A stretch of 64,000 bases of DNA from an uncultured Chloroflexota bacterium. Its GTDB lineage: Bacteria; Chloroflexota; Dehalococcoidia; Lucifugimonadales; GCA-002694895. Below, piece by piece: positions 29,910-41,155 of the stretch (positions are counted from its first letter, which is position 1; each line of letters begins with the position of its first letter). The position numbers were made by a program, and so were the translations under genes. The stretch covers positions 19,181 through 83,180 of the forward strand of contig CAJWSY010000002.1 of NCBI GenBank assembly GCA_913045935.1, given 5' to 3'. A model generated the notes under the pieces. It was not told the origin of the DNA. It ran no database searches and saw only the letters and a program-made list of their open reading frames with translations.

Positions 29910-30800
29910 TTATTTTCTTGATATAGGTCTTGTAAGGCAAGTAGGACCTCCAGATCCTTTGAAACAAATTTCATTTGCTTCAATCTCAATAGTCTCAATA
30001 TTGTTTTGTTCAATTTTTGCTCGAGTTTTGTTATTACCTTTAACGATTATGCATTTATCTTCTGTTAGGGGCAGAACATTACATGCTAAATTTTCATATT
30101 CAGATTCTTCTATAGTAAGTAATTTAATATTTTGTGATCTTAAAAAATTTAGAAAACCAACAGGAATTAATTTTTCATAAACTAAAAAAAGATTTGATTT
30201 TAGAGGACTGATTAAAGACATTAAATGCAAAACATTGCCTGGACCTTCCCAATGTGGCAAATCGACTTTAATTAATTTAACATTTATTTTTGCTAAAATA
30301 TTTTCAAGTTGTTGCAGTCCTTCTGTATTAGTTCTATATGTTAACCCAGCTGCAACAGTTGATTTATTGATCCAAATTACATCCCCACCTTCCATAGTAC
30401 CTTTATTTTTTATTTCTCCAAGAATAGGGAATTGATGTTCTATAAAATAATCTTTCATCGCTAATGGTTCTTGTTTCCTTAGTTTTTTCCCCATGTTACC
30501 TATAATTGCTCCTTCAGGAGTCATAAATATAGGATCGTGTGTGTATATTGAATCTAAGGAAGTTATATTATCTTTAGGTAAAAAATGTATTTGTATATCG
30601 TTATCTTCTAGTATTTCGATTAACTTTTCATATTCTTTAATTGCTTTTGTAAAATCAGGTTTTTCTAGGAAATTTAATTGTTTCCAGAATTTATCAATAT
30701 TACTTTTTGAAATAAATGAATCTTTCGGATGCTTAAGTATTACACTTTTTATTGGCTTTACATTTGAATTTAAACCGATCTTATTTTTCAACATATCCAT
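29910..30800 (-). CDS. Dimethylarginine dimethylaminohydrolase / amidinotransferase family
   Basis: YTHDP, EGGD, RTN, LHL, GGPTCLT catalytic Cys. Confidence 0.88.
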   Translation of the reverse strand: MDMLKNKIGLNSNVKPIKSVILKHPKDSFISKSNIDKFWKQLNFLEKPDFTKAIKEYEKLIEILEDNDIQIHFLPKDNITSLDSIYTHDPIFMTPEGAIIGNMGKKLRKQEPLAMKDYFIEHQFPILGEIKNKGTMEGGDVIWINKSTVAAGLTYRTNTEGLQQLENILAKINVKLIKVDLPHWEGPGNVLHLMSLISPLKSNLFLVYEKLIPVGFLNFLRSQNIKLLTIEESEYENLACNVLPLTEDKCIIVKGNNKTRAKIEQNNIETIEIEANEICFKGSGGPTCLTRPISRK

Positions 30801-32166
30801 AATCTAAATATTTATAATTTTTATATAATGATATTTGGAGTTCTTGCATATATTCTCCGCTTGGGGTTTTTGTAGTCAATGGTAATTTTAATATATCATA
30901 ATCATTATTTTCACATCTTTCAAATATTTCAGTTAGCACTCTTCCTTCTATATATGTGGGGATTTTAATATTTAATAAATGAAGTATTGTTGGTAGTATA
31001 TCTATGTTTCCTGAAGGCAGAAAAGTCTTATTTCCATTGTTAATCTCAGGGCCATTGATAATTAGAGAACAATTGATTTCCTGAGGGCTTATTGATCCAT
31101 GGTTGCCTTTGTCTTTTTGTAAATTTGTTGAAAACAATTCACCTTTTGTATTTTCAGACTCATCTGATTTGTTCCAATTCATAGACACTAATAAATCAGG
31201 GTTTCTGATACCTGATGAGTATAACAAATCATAATTATGTATTCCGTTATAATTAATTTTATTATTTCCAGTAATTATTACACCTGCCCATGATTTGGAA
31301 ATAATTTCGTTTATTAATATTGGATCAAAGATTTTATTTTCTTTTGAATAAACTAAAAATGAACCTCCATTTTCAGCAAATAAGTAACCTGGGAAATCAT
31401 AAGCAAGCTCTCTTGTTATATCTATTGTTTTTTTTATTTTTGAATATCCGTGATCTGACACTAAAAAAATATAGGGTGTAAATTGATTTTGATCGATTAC
31501 ATCTAATATTTTTTTAAAAATTTTGTCGTTATTTTTTAATGCAGTTATGCTTTCATTTGAATCTATACCACAATTATGCTGACTTTTATCCGGTTCGTCT
31601 AACCATATAATACTGATATCACTCAAATCATTAGAGTCAAGATTTTCAATTATTTCAATTATATGATTATTCGAATTGATATCAGGTATATCTTGTTTTG
31701 GCCATTTAGTATTGATTTGATTATCTTGAACAGGGATATCTCGATGAAATGTTATATTTTTATTATTAAGAACACCTAAATTTTGTATTAAAGCATTCCC
31801 ACTTGTACCTGAGTTTAAAACCATTAAGCTTAAATTGTTTGATTCTGCTATTTCACTTAAAGTTGGAGTTAAAACAATGTTTTTGCCTGATTCGTATATT
31901 TTTTTCATTTCGGGATACATAACAGGTAAAACTTTATTTTTGTTGTATTCTCTGAAAACCATGTTATTCCCAAATATTCCATGAGTCCCAGGATTTACTC
32001 CTGAAACTATAGAAGCAACATTTGTTCTAGTTACAGTTGGAAAAGAAGAATGATGATTTTTAAAACTAAAACCTTGATTTTGAAATTTAAGTAAATTTGG
32101 CATATTTAATTTGTTAATTTGGCTCATCTGTAAGCCATCCATGCCAATAATTAATATTTTTCTCAT
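30781..32166 (-). CDS. Alkaline phosphatase superfamily (NPP/phosphodiesterase-like)
   Basis: DG, FPTVT nucleophile, EPDKSQH, SDHG, GNHGS, DILPT. Confidence 0.85.
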   Translation of the reverse strand: MRKILIIGMDGLQMSQINKLNMPNLLKFQNQGFSFKNHHSSFPTVTRTNVASIVSGVNPGTHGIFGNNMVFREYNKNKVLPVMYPEMKKIYESGKNIVLTPTLSEIAESNNLSLMVLNSGTSGNALIQNLGVLNNKNITFHRDIPVQDNQINTKWPKQDIPDINSNNHIIEIIENLDSNDLSDISIIWLDEPDKSQHNCGIDSNESITALKNNDKIFKKILDVIDQNQFTPYIFLVSDHGYSKIKKTIDITRELAYDFPGYLFAENGGSFLVYSKENKIFDPILINEIISKSWAGVIITGNNKINYNGIHNYDLLYSSGIRNPDLLVSMNWNKSDESENTKGELFSTNLQKDKGNHGSISPQEINCSLIINGPEINNGNKTFLPSGNIDILPTILHLLNIKIPTYIEGRVLTEIFERCENNDYDILKLPLTTKTPSGEYMQELQISLYKNYKYLDYGYVEK

Positions 32167-32239
32167 ATTGTAAAATTATTTTTTTTTCTAAACATATTGT
32201 AATATAATTCTAAGATTAATAATTTTACACAATGTTTTA

Positions 32240-33424
32240 ATGATACAATACAAACCAATTTTAATTATCTTTCTAAATGTGTTACTTGCTATATTTGGAA
32301 TGGTAACAACTTTATTTGAATCTTCGTTTCCAGATATGTTATTGCCGCTTATATATGGTTTGGCAATTTTCGGTGCAGCACTCTTAATATCATGGGGAGC
32401 TGAAGCAAGCGAGAAAGATATTTCAGGAGCTTTTGTTATAGCACTTATAGCACTTATTGCAGTATTACCAGAATATTCTATTGAATCAATATTAGCTTAC
32501 ACTGCAGGTACTTCTTATAAGAATAATAATTTCGTTTATACTGACAGAGTGGGTTATGTTTCAGCAAATGTGACAGGTGCTAACAGATTATTATCCGGCT
32601 TGGGCTGGCCATTTATAATGTTGATTAATTTGTACAAGAAAGATGATCAAATTGATATTTTAAATAACAATAAACTTGAACTACTAATTATTGGAGTAGG
32701 ATTATCATGTATGGTTTTAACTTCAATATTGAATTTCCAGCCATTACTTATTTCTGCACTATTAATTTGTGTATATTTATTTTATTTATATATTTCTTCT
32801 AAAAAAGAATCAGAGGAGGCAGAATTTGTTGGTATTAGTGAGTATATTACTAATTTTAGAAAGCCAACAAGGATTAGTATCAATGTTTCTTTAATTACTT
32901 TTTCGGCTATTTCTATATTTATTGTTTCTCATCCTTTTGTAGAATCTCTTATTCATGTTGGAGAAAAATTTGGCATCGATGAATATTATTTAATACAGTG
33001 GCTTGCTCCATTGGCTTCCGAAAGCCCAGAAATATTAATAGCTGGGTTATTTGCATTTAGAAATAAATCCATTGAATCCATAGCAATAATATTGTCATCA
33101 CAAGCTAATCAAATGTCGTTGTTAATTGGAAGTATGGGATGGATCTTTGCTTTTGCTACTAATAAATTTGTAAGTTTTCCTGTAAATGATACTCAATCTA
33201 TAGAATTTTTGCTTACTGCTGCTTTTGCATTAATACAAATTGCAATTATTTACAAATCAAAGTTTAATAAAACAATAATAATAAGTTTGATGTTACTATT
33301 TTTTAGTCAATTAATATTTTCCAATTCTGATTTTAAACTTTATTTGTCAATATTTTTATTTTGTATATCCATACCTTTGTTTATATCTGTATTACTGAAA
33401 AATAATCAAAAAAAAATAAAATAA
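32240..33424 (+). CDS. Sodium/calcium (CaCA family) exchanger
   Basis: Alpha repeats AVLPEY and APLASESPE; GANRLL. Confidence 0.85.
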   Translation: MIQYKPILIIFLNVLLAIFGMVTTLFESSFPDMLLPLIYGLAIFGAALLISWGAEASEKDISGAFVIALIALIAVLPEYSIESILAYTAGTSYKNNNFVYTDRVGYVSANVTGANRLLSGLGWPFIMLINLYKKDDQIDILNNNKLELLIIGVGLSCMVLTSILNFQPLLISALLICVYLFYLYISSKKESEEAEFVGISEYITNFRKPTRISINVSLITFSAISIFIVSHPFVESLIHVGEKFGIDEYYLIQWLAPLASESPEILIAGLFAFRNKSIESIAIILSSQANQMSLLIGSMGWIFAFATNKFVSFPVNDTQSIEFLLTAAFALIQIAIIYKSKFNKTIIISLMLLFFSQLIFSNSDFKLYLSIFLFCISIPLFISVLLKNNQKKIK

Positions 33425-34603
33425 ATGATAACTCCTCACACTTATTCTAATATCTCCGAATGGTTACAAAATGTTGTTGATAATAATAAAATACCATTTG
33501 CTAAAATAAATATTTCGCAAAATAATTCAATGTTATTTTCGGAATTCAAACACAAAAACTTAGGAGAGTATGCTAATAATCATTTGTATAGAATCCAGTC
33601 ACTTACTAAACCCATAACATCTTTAGTATCTTTAATAGTTTTAAATAAATATAAAATCAATATCAATGATCCAATTAAATCAGTGGTCGAAGGTTTTTCT
33701 AATTCTAAAGTTTTATCAAATGGAATTTTTGAAGATGCTAAATCAGACATTACCTTTGCTCATCTTCTCACTCATACATCAGGTATAACATATGGATTTA
33801 ATAAATCCAATCAAAGTATATTAAGAGGAAATACAGAAGCTGATGAATTTTATCGAAATGTAGGTTTATTAAGAAAAGTACAAACTTCTTCAATTAATTC
33901 TTCTGAGTTTCTAGATATGATTTCAGCATTACCTCTAGCCTATCATCCTGGTTCAAGATGGAATTACGGTTTGTCTACTGATTTATTAGGAGTAATTTTA
34001 GAAAAAATATGCAATAAACCTTTGAATACTATATTTAAAGATGAATTATTTAATTATTTAAATATGACTGACACTTTTTTTCCTGATTTAGATACTAAAA
34101 ACATTATCCCTACATATAAATTAACATTACCTTCAGGATTTAAAATTATTCAAGGAACTGATCAGATTAAAAATAAAACACAATTTCAATCAGGCGGAGG
34201 TGGATTGATTTCAACTCCTGATGATTATCATAAATTTTGTAATTTTATTTTAAATCCTGACCCTGATTTTTTAAGTCATGATATTATAAATAAGATGAAA
34301 ATTAATCAAATTTCAGGTGATATGACTTATCTATCTGATGGAAGTAATTTTTTTGATTACGCATTTGCAGGTCCAGGCATTGGTTTTACCTTTGGATTTT
34401 CTATAATCGTTAATCAATCAGTTGTAGATTTTAAAAGTCCAATTGATTTACTCAGTTGGGCAGGGTCGTCAAATACAATATCATGGATTGATCAAAAACA
34501 TAATTTTGTATTTACTATGTTTAGCCAACTAATACCATTTGGATATCATAATTATAAAAAAGAATTGATGAATTTAATTTATTCTGATTCAAATTTTGTA
34601 TAA
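33425..34603 (+). CDS. Serine hydrolase, beta-lactamase/AmpC family
   Basis: SLTK, LLTHTSG, PG.RW.Y, SGGGGL.ST, W.G. Confidence 0.88.
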   Translation: MITPHTYSNISEWLQNVVDNNKIPFAKINISQNNSMLFSEFKHKNLGEYANNHLYRIQSLTKPITSLVSLIVLNKYKININDPIKSVVEGFSNSKVLSNGIFEDAKSDITFAHLLTHTSGITYGFNKSNQSILRGNTEADEFYRNVGLLRKVQTSSINSSEFLDMISALPLAYHPGSRWNYGLSTDLLGVILEKICNKPLNTIFKDELFNYLNMTDTFFPDLDTKNIIPTYKLTLPSGFKIIQGTDQIKNKTQFQSGGGGLISTPDDYHKFCNFILNPDPDFLSHDIINKMKINQISGDMTYLSDGSNFFDYAFAGPGIGFTFGFSIIVNQSVVDFKSPIDLLSWAGSSNTISWIDQKHNFVFTMFSQLIPFGYHNYKKELMNLIYSDSNFV

Positions 34604-35035
34604 TCTTACTAGTGGAATAATTCTTTTAGACAAATTTTGGTACTCTACGTATTTTGGATATATTTTTATTATTTTATCCCACACTTCTTTTCTGTATTCA
34701 TTTTTTAATAATTCATATTTACACTCTAAAATTTCATCTGCTATTTTGATTTTTACAGTTTTTTTGGATATCAGATTTTTAAACCAATTTGGGTCATTAG
34801 GATTTCCTCCATTTGATGCAACTATCACATAAGAATTATCAATATCAAAATAGACAAGAGGAGCAGATCTTATTTTTTTGGTTTTTCGTCCAATTGTAAA
34901 TAAAATTAGAACTGGCATTCCCAGTAAATTATTAAGATATTTGTTATTAAATTTATTTAATATAAATAAATGAAATTTTGAGAATATTTTAATTAACTTA
35001 TATCTTCCTGTAAAAATATTTGAAATACTGAACAT
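34589..35035 (-). CDS. Deazaflavin (F420)-dependent nitroreductase, DDN family
   Basis: TIGRKT...R.APL, VASNGG...P.WFKNL, Y..YQ....R.IP. Confidence 0.88.
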   Translation of the reverse strand: MFSISNIFTGRYKLIKIFSKFHLFILNKFNNKYLNNLLGMPVLILFTIGRKTKKIRSAPLVYFDIDNSYVIVASNGGNPNDPNWFKNLISKKTVKIKIADEILECKYELLKNEYRKEVWDKIIKIYPKYVEYQNLSKRIIPLVRLYKI

Positions 35036-35044
35036 AGTCTCGCC

Positions 35045-36037
35045 CTACAAAGATATGATTATCTTACCGAAAAACTGTCTGCTTTCAAGAATTTTGTGCG
35101 CTTCTGCTATTTTTTCAAAAGAAATTATTTTATGGATTATTGGTTTTATAGTTCCTTTTTCTAATTCACTTACTAATGAGTGAATGTCTTCTTTGTTCCA
35201 GCTATTTGATCCTATAATATTTAATTCTTTTCGCCAAATAAATCTAATATCTGTTTTAGGATCAAATCCTGCTGTAGCTCCACAAGTTAAAATTTTTCCA
35301 TTTGGTTTCATACATTTTAAAGTTTTCACCCATGAATCTCCTCCAGTGAAATTTATGGCTGTATCAACTCCATCTCCTGTCATTGACCTTACAATTTTAT
35401 GAAAATCAGGTTTGTCAGAATAATTGATTACTACATCTGCGCCAATTTCTTTTAATTTTTGTTCATTATTTTTTGAACTTGTTGCAGCAATTATAAAACA
35501 TTGGTTTAATTTGGCTATTTGTATTGCAGCATTTCCTACTCCACCTGAAGCACCCAAAATTAATATTTGTTCACCAGGTTGAATTTTTCCTCGTTTGATT
35601 AGCATTCTCCATGCAGCTCCGTAAGCAATAGGTAAGCAAGCTGCTTCAAACATATCTATAGTGTTATTTAATTCGATTAACCTAGACGGAGAAACTGACA
35701 CTTTTTCACACAATACACCATTTGTATCTTCGCCCATAATACCAATTCTTCCACTTTTTAATTGTACATTTGGATCAATTAAAACTTTTTTCCCTATCCA
35801 CGATTTATCTACATTATCCCCAACTTGAATAACTTCTCCTGAAGCATCTCCTCCAGGAATAATTGGAAGATTAATTTGATGCCCAGGCATCCCTTTTCTA
35901 ACAAAAATATCTAGATGATTTATACTACAAGCTTTAATTTTTACTATAACCTCATTTTCCTGGCATATAGGATCATCAACATTCTTTATTTTTAGGGAAT
36001 CAATATTTCCGTGTTCTTCTAAAACTATTGCTTTCAT
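35045..36037 (-). CDS. MDR-family (quinone oxidoreductase-like) dehydrogenase
   Basis: NHLD, IPGGD.SG, GASGGVG, CGATAG, FFGKII. Confidence 0.88.
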   Translation of the reverse strand: MKAIVLEEHGNIDSLKIKNVDDPICQENEVIVKIKACSINHLDIFVRKGMPGHQINLPIIPGGDASGEVIQVGDNVDKSWIGKKVLIDPNVQLKSGRIGIMGEDTNGVLCEKVSVSPSRLIELNNTIDMFEAACLPIAYGAAWRMLIKRGKIQPGEQILILGASGGVGNAAIQIAKLNQCFIIAATSSKNNEQKLKEIGADVVINYSDKPDFHKIVRSMTGDGVDTAINFTGGDSWVKTLKCMKPNGKILTCGATAGFDPKTDIRFIWRKELNIIGSNSWNKEDIHSLVSELEKGTIKPIIHKIISFEKIAEAHKILESRQFFGKIIISL

Positions 36038-36119
36038 ATGTTAATTTATAAGTTGAATGTATACAAATAAATGAATATATATTTAGAATACAATATATAT
36101 ATTAAATTTTTATATAAAA

Positions 36120-36734
36120 ATGAATACAAACAATTCTCGAAATATAGCATTTGTAATTATTAGTACTTATTTATCATTACAAATTTTCTCTGATATAGGT
36201 TCTCTAAAAATATTAAAAATATTTACTTTTAGTGTGGATGGAGGTACTTTTTTATATCCATTTACATTTACCCTTAGAGATTTAATCCATCGACTTACAA
36301 ATAAAAAAATTTCTCAGTTAATTATTATACAATCAGTGATACTGAACTTTTTTATGGCATTTTTCTTTTTTATTATAGGAATTTTACCTTCTGATTTAGA
36401 AGTTGGCCCTCAAAACGAATTTTCAAATGTACTAAGTCCTATTTGGCGTTTAGTGATAGCATCTGCGGTTGCTGAATTAGTTGCCGAATTGTTGGATACT
36501 GAAATTTACTCATTTTGGGTGAAAAAATTTAAACAAAGATTAATTTGGGGTAGGGTTTTTTTTAGTAATTCTATTGCTTTAGTAGTTGATAGTATACTTT
36601 TTTGTTTGATAGCTTTTTATGGAGATTTGCCAAATAATATTTTGATTTCTGTTATTTTTAGTAATATTTTAATAAAAGAAATTATTACTTTAGTATCAAT
36701 TCCATCAATTTATTTGATTAAAATAGGAAAGTAA
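36120..36734 (+). CDS. VUT family (queuosine precursor) transporter
   Basis: GGTFLYPFTFTLRDLI, R...AS..A..V.EL.D, R...SN....VDS. Confidence 0.85.
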   Translation: MNTNNSRNIAFVIISTYLSLQIFSDIGSLKILKIFTFSVDGGTFLYPFTFTLRDLIHRLTNKKISQLIIIQSVILNFFMAFFFFIIGILPSDLEVGPQNEFSNVLSPIWRLVIASAVAELVAELLDTEIYSFWVKKFKQRLIWGRVFFSNSIALVVDSILFCLIAFYGDLPNNILISVIFSNILIKEIITLVSIPSIYLIKIGK

Positions 36735-36736
36735 AA

Positions 36737-38365
36737 TTAGGCAGTTAAATCACCTAAAATATTTCCATCTTTGTCTATATCCAATTCTCTTGGGGCTCCA
36801 GGAAGTCCAGGCATTGTCATAATTGAACCTGCTATTGGATAAATAAATCCAGCTCCTACAGATGCTCTAATATCACTTATTTCAAAAGTATAATTTTTAG
36901 GCAGTGCTTTCAATCTTGGATTATGAGAAATTGATAAAGGGGTTTTTGCCATACAGATTGGTAAATTACCCCAACCATTTTCTTCAAATTTTTTAATTTT
37001 TCTTTTTGCAACTGGAGACCAATTCACACCATCAGCATTATATATATTTTTAGCCAATTTCAATACTTTTTCTTGTATTGAGTCATTTAGATCATAAATA
37101 TATTTATTGGTAATATTTTCTTTTGTAGCTTCCATTACTGATTCAGCTAATTCTATATTACCTTCTCCACCTTTGGAATAACTATCAGATTCTACAACAG
37201 AAAAAGCTTTAGTATCACCAAGTAAATTTTTGACTAATTTGATTTCGTTTTGTGAATCATCCGGGAAAATATTAAGAGCTACTACAGGTTTGATTCCAAA
37301 TTTGTTTATATTATTTATATGATGTTTTAAATTTTCAATTCCTAACTCTATCGCGTTACTATTTTGTTTTTGTAAATCTGAAAATTTCACACCTCCATGG
37401 GATTTGATTGCCCTAATAGTACCGACAATCACTGCACCCTGAGGTTTTAAATCAGAGGTTCTAGACTTAATATGCATAAATTTCTCAAAACCTAAATCAG
37501 CTCCAAAACCTGCTTCAGATAAAACATAATCACCAACTTGTGTAGCAAATGTATCTCCAATTACTGAACTGCAACCATGAGCTATATTTCCAAATGGACC
37601 TGTATGAATTAACGCGGGATTACCTTCAGTTGTTTGTACAATGTTTGGCATAAGTGCATGTCTTAATACAGATAATAAAGAACCAACAATATTAAAATCT
37701 TTAACGTAAATTGGTTTCCCTGAATTATCATTCCCAACAACTATTCTTTCTAATCTGTTTCTAAGATCATCTAAATCTTTAGAAAGTGCCATTATTGCCA
37801 TAATTTCAGAAGCAGTTACTATATCAAAACTTGTCTCTCTTAATGGGGCATTGTTGCTACCACCAAGTCCAGTAACTATATTTCTTAATCCTCTGTCCAA
37901 TACATCTGTAACTCTATTCCAAGTTATTCCATCAGCAGTCATATTATCAATTTGGTTTCTTTGGACTGCATTATCAACTAACGCAGATAACAAGTTATGA
38001 GCTGAACCAATAGCATGGGCATCACCTGTAAAATGTATATTTATTTCATCTTCAGGAATTACTTTTGATTTTCCTCCACCGGTTCCTCCTCCCTTAATCC
38101 CAAATACTGGTCCCAAAGAAGGCTCTCTCAGGCTTGTGATAGCTAATTTGCCTAATTTGTTAAGACCTTGGGTTAAACCGATTGCTGTAGTTGTTTTTCC
38201 TTCTCCGGCTTTTGTAGGAGTGATTCCTGTAACTACTATTAGTTTTCCGTTACCAGGTTTTTCTTTAATATATTTAAACGGAATTTTTGCTTTGTAGTTA
38301 CCAACTTGGACAATTTCATTTTCATCAAGGCCTAGCTTTTTGGCAATATTAGATATATGATTCAT
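36737..38365 (-). CDS. fhs: Formate--tetrahydrofolate ligase
   Basis: TPTKAGEGKTT, REPSLGPVFGIKGG, HFTGD, GPFGNIAHG, EAGFGADLG, IMTMPGLP. Confidence 0.97.
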   Translation of the reverse strand: MNHISNIAKKLGLDENEIVQVGNYKAKIPFKYIKEKPGNGKLIVVTGITPTKAGEGKTTTAIGLTQGLNKLGKLAITSLREPSLGPVFGIKGGGTGGGKSKVIPEDEINIHFTGDAHAIGSAHNLLSALVDNAVQRNQIDNMTADGITWNRVTDVLDRGLRNIVTGLGGSNNAPLRETSFDIVTASEIMAIMALSKDLDDLRNRLERIVVGNDNSGKPIYVKDFNIVGSLLSVLRHALMPNIVQTTEGNPALIHTGPFGNIAHGCSSVIGDTFATQVGDYVLSEAGFGADLGFEKFMHIKSRTSDLKPQGAVIVGTIRAIKSHGGVKFSDLQKQNSNAIELGIENLKHHINNINKFGIKPVVALNIFPDDSQNEIKLVKNLLGDTKAFSVVESDSYSKGGEGNIELAESVMEATKENITNKYIYDLNDSIQEKVLKLAKNIYNADGVNWSPVAKRKIKKFEENGWGNLPICMAKTPLSISHNPRLKALPKNYTFEISDIRASVGAGFIYPIAGSIMTMPGLPGAPRELDIDKDGNILGDLTA

Positions 38366-38456
38366 GCATTACTCGTTTTATAGATATTTAATTATATGTA
38401 GATAAAATATGATGAAGATTTATGTTTGGTAAGTCAAGATATATATAGGAAAAGTT

Positions 38457-39872
38457 ATGACAAATAAGAATCAAATGGATAAAAAATCTATAAGAGGATG
38501 GTACATTTATGATTGGGCTCATTCTGCACATTCTACAAGTGTAATGGTTGCTATTGCTCCAGTTTACTTTGTTAATTTATATAAAGATGTTTTTGGTTCT
38601 GACGGATATACGATGTACGGATTTGATTTTACTGGAACTAATGTATGGAGTATTGGGATATCGTTATCTATTTTAATAATTGCATTTTTAAATCCTATAC
38701 TTGCTGTTATCGCTGATAAAACACCAACCAAAATGACTTTTTTGAAAATATTTACTTTATTCGGATGTATCCCCACTTTTCTAATGTTTTTCACCCCTTA
38801 TGTTGGCACAGGTTGGTTATTTTTACTCCTAATGATTGTAATTTCTGTAATGGGCTTTTCAGGAGCTTGGACATTTGCAAATAGTTTTTTACCACATTTG
38901 GCACCAAAGAAATACTTGGATGAGGTTAGTAGTAAAGGATTTGCTTACGGTTACTTAGGTGGAGGATTATTACTTGTAGTTCATCTTGCAATTATTACAA
39001 TTACAGATTCATCAGAGTTATTTATTCAATTATCTCTAGCTTCTGTAGCCATATGGTGGGGTGGTTTTTCTTTAATAACTTTTTCAACACTAAAAGAACC
39101 TTATATTGATCCAAAAGAAAAGATATCAATTAACTCAAAAGTTATATCAATAGCTTTTAAACAATTAAAAACTACTTTATCTAATGTTGGAGAGTATAAA
39201 ACATTATTTATATATTTAATTGTTTATTTATTATTTAATGATGGAATTCAAACCGTTCTTAGTATTGCAGGAGCTTACGGGGCAGATACATTAGGAGTTG
39301 ATTTAATATTTAATATGGCAACAATAGTTATAGTTCAATTTATTGCAGCTCCCGGATCAATGTTATTTAATACTTTTGCAAAAATTTATTCAGCTAAAAA
39401 ATCTTTAATGATTTCATTAATAGGTTGGATAATTATTATATTCTTAGCTATGGGCTTTGCTCCTTTAGAAGAAACTGGAGAATATGCAATAAAAGACGGA
39501 TTGTTTTCTTGGTGGCCAAAATTGATAAGATCACACATATGGGAACCTTTGGGACTTAGTGTTAACTTTCAATGGTTAATTTTAGGTACTTTCGTTGGTA
39601 TAGTAATGGGCGGAAGCCAAGCAATCGCAAGAAGTATTTTTGCAGTTATGACTCCAATAAAACAAAGTGCTGAATTTTTTTCTTTTCTTGGCTTTATGTC
39701 AAGAGGAGCATCTATTTTCGGACCCCTATTATATGCTTTAGTTGCCGGTTATTTAGGGACTAGAACAGCAATATTTAGTGTTTCAATGTTTTTAATTGCA
39801 GGGACAATAGGGCTACAGTTACTTGTAGATGTAGAAAAAGGTAAAAAAGAAGCTTTAAAATCTAATAAATAG
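38457..39872 (+). CDS. MFS transporter, ATG22/YxiO-like
   Basis: W..YDWA, VSSKGFAYGYLGG, FNDGIQT, GGSQAIARS, AEFF. Confidence 0.88.
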   Translation: MTNKNQMDKKSIRGWYIYDWAHSAHSTSVMVAIAPVYFVNLYKDVFGSDGYTMYGFDFTGTNVWSIGISLSILIIAFLNPILAVIADKTPTKMTFLKIFTLFGCIPTFLMFFTPYVGTGWLFLLLMIVISVMGFSGAWTFANSFLPHLAPKKYLDEVSSKGFAYGYLGGGLLLVVHLAIITITDSSELFIQLSLASVAIWWGGFSLITFSTLKEPYIDPKEKISINSKVISIAFKQLKTTLSNVGEYKTLFIYLIVYLLFNDGIQTVLSIAGAYGADTLGVDLIFNMATIVIVQFIAAPGSMLFNTFAKIYSAKKSLMISLIGWIIIIFLAMGFAPLEETGEYAIKDGLFSWWPKLIRSHIWEPLGLSVNFQWLILGTFVGIVMGGSQAIARSIFAVMTPIKQSAEFFSFLGFMSRGASIFGPLLYALVAGYLGTRTAIFSVSMFLIAGTIGLQLLVDVEKGKKEALKSNK

Positions 39873-39912
39873 AAACATTAAATTACAAAGTAAATCAGAG
39901 TAAAAATTCATT

Positions 39913-41154
39913 TTATTTATCTTTATTTATGTCAATATGTTCGATTATTTTTTCAGGCCAATCAGAAGTGACTGCAGAGACTCCTATTTTTCTTAACATT
40001 ACTACATCTTCAGGATTTTCTATTCCCCACACTCCTACAAACAATCCTTTTTCTTTTGCGTATTTAACAGAATGTTCTGATGTTAATTTTGCATACGGGA
40101 AAATCCCCTGAATTCCTAACTTGCTTGCAATGTCAATGTCCGTGTCAGTTAATTCTCCAACTAACCATCCGTGTCTTACAACGGGCAGTAGCTCTAAAGA
40201 TCTTAAAACTTGTTCTAAATGAAATGAAATAATGGTAAGTCCAGGTATTTGAGACATAGGATTGCCAGCAATTTTATCCCAATTTTCATTTTCAATTAAA
40301 GCTGCCACCTGCTTTGTCAAATTTGATTGGTCGGATTTTAATTCTAGTACTAGATGAATTTGTTCATTGTATTTTTTTAAAAATTCAGACAATGTAGGTA
40401 TTTGTTCATTTTTAAATTTTTTATCAAACCAACTCCCGAAGTCTAAAGATTTAATATCACTTAACTTTAAATCCTTAACGTTACCCTTGCCGTTAGAAGT
40501 TCGATCTACAGTATCATCATGTATAATCACAGGAATATCATCCGATGTTAACTGCACATCAGTTTCAATGTATTTAAAATTGTTGCTTATTGCCAAATCA
40601 AAAGCTGCAAATGTGTTTTCCGGTGCTTGTGACGAATGCCCTCTATGAGCAATAGAACCAAATTCATTTGTTGAATCGGGATTGTCTTTTGTCTTTTGTA
40701 TATTATTTGTAAACCCATTAAATCTAGACTCAACTTCTTTTATAAAATCTGATTTAACTGGAACATAATTCAGAGGGACAATATTGTATTCAATAGTATC
40801 AAGTAATAATGTTGAATAACCTAAAGTTTTGCCAAAAGTACCAACTTTAGATTCGACTTGATTGATTTTAGTTAAAGGAATCTCATATTTTTGTGATCCA
40901 AGTAAAGAACCCTGTACAATCTCAATTTGATTTAATGTTATTGTATATTTTGTTCTATATGTCGAAATAATTCTTGGAACCACAACAATTAATGCAAATA
41001 TTATAAGAGGACTTTCCAATATTGCCACATCTCCACTTATGAGAGGATATACGATAATAACTACTATCCACGGAACAAGAAACCATAACCATCCCCAATA
41101 CGACGGTTTTACCGAAAAATTACTATTATTATTTTTTATGTTATCTGTTTCCAT
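39913..41154 (-). CDS. Fusion: TM + bacterial PH (bPH_2) domain + glycerophosphodiester phosphodiesterase
   Basis: N-terminal 2 TM segments with Y.IT...I...G.L....IPL.KI..V; C-terminal AHRG..APENT..AF, ETDVQLT.D, HD.TVDRT, SD.P. Confidence 0.85.
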   Translation of the reverse strand: METDNIKNNNSNFSVKPSYWGWLWFLVPWIVVIIVYPLISGDVAILESPLIIFALIVVVPRIISTYRTKYTITLNQIEIVQGSLLGSQKYEIPLTKINQVESKVGTFGKTLGYSTLLLDTIEYNIVPLNYVPVKSDFIKEVESRFNGFTNNIQKTKDNPDSTNEFGSIAHRGHSSQAPENTFAAFDLAISNNFKYIETDVQLTSDDIPVIIHDDTVDRTSNGKGNVKDLKLSDIKSLDFGSWFDKKFKNEQIPTLSEFLKKYNEQIHLVLELKSDQSNLTKQVAALIENENWDKIAGNPMSQIPGLTIISFHLEQVLRSLELLPVVRHGWLVGELTDTDIDIASKLGIQGIFPYAKLTSEHSVKYAKEKGLFVGVWGIENPEDVVMLRKIGVSAVTSDWPEKIIEHIDINKDK

Positions 41155-41155
41155 G

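Noticed and set aside
36038-36119. preQ1 riboswitch upstream of the VUT transporter
   Set aside because: Only AT-rich promoter-like sequence; no GC stem or consensus loop.
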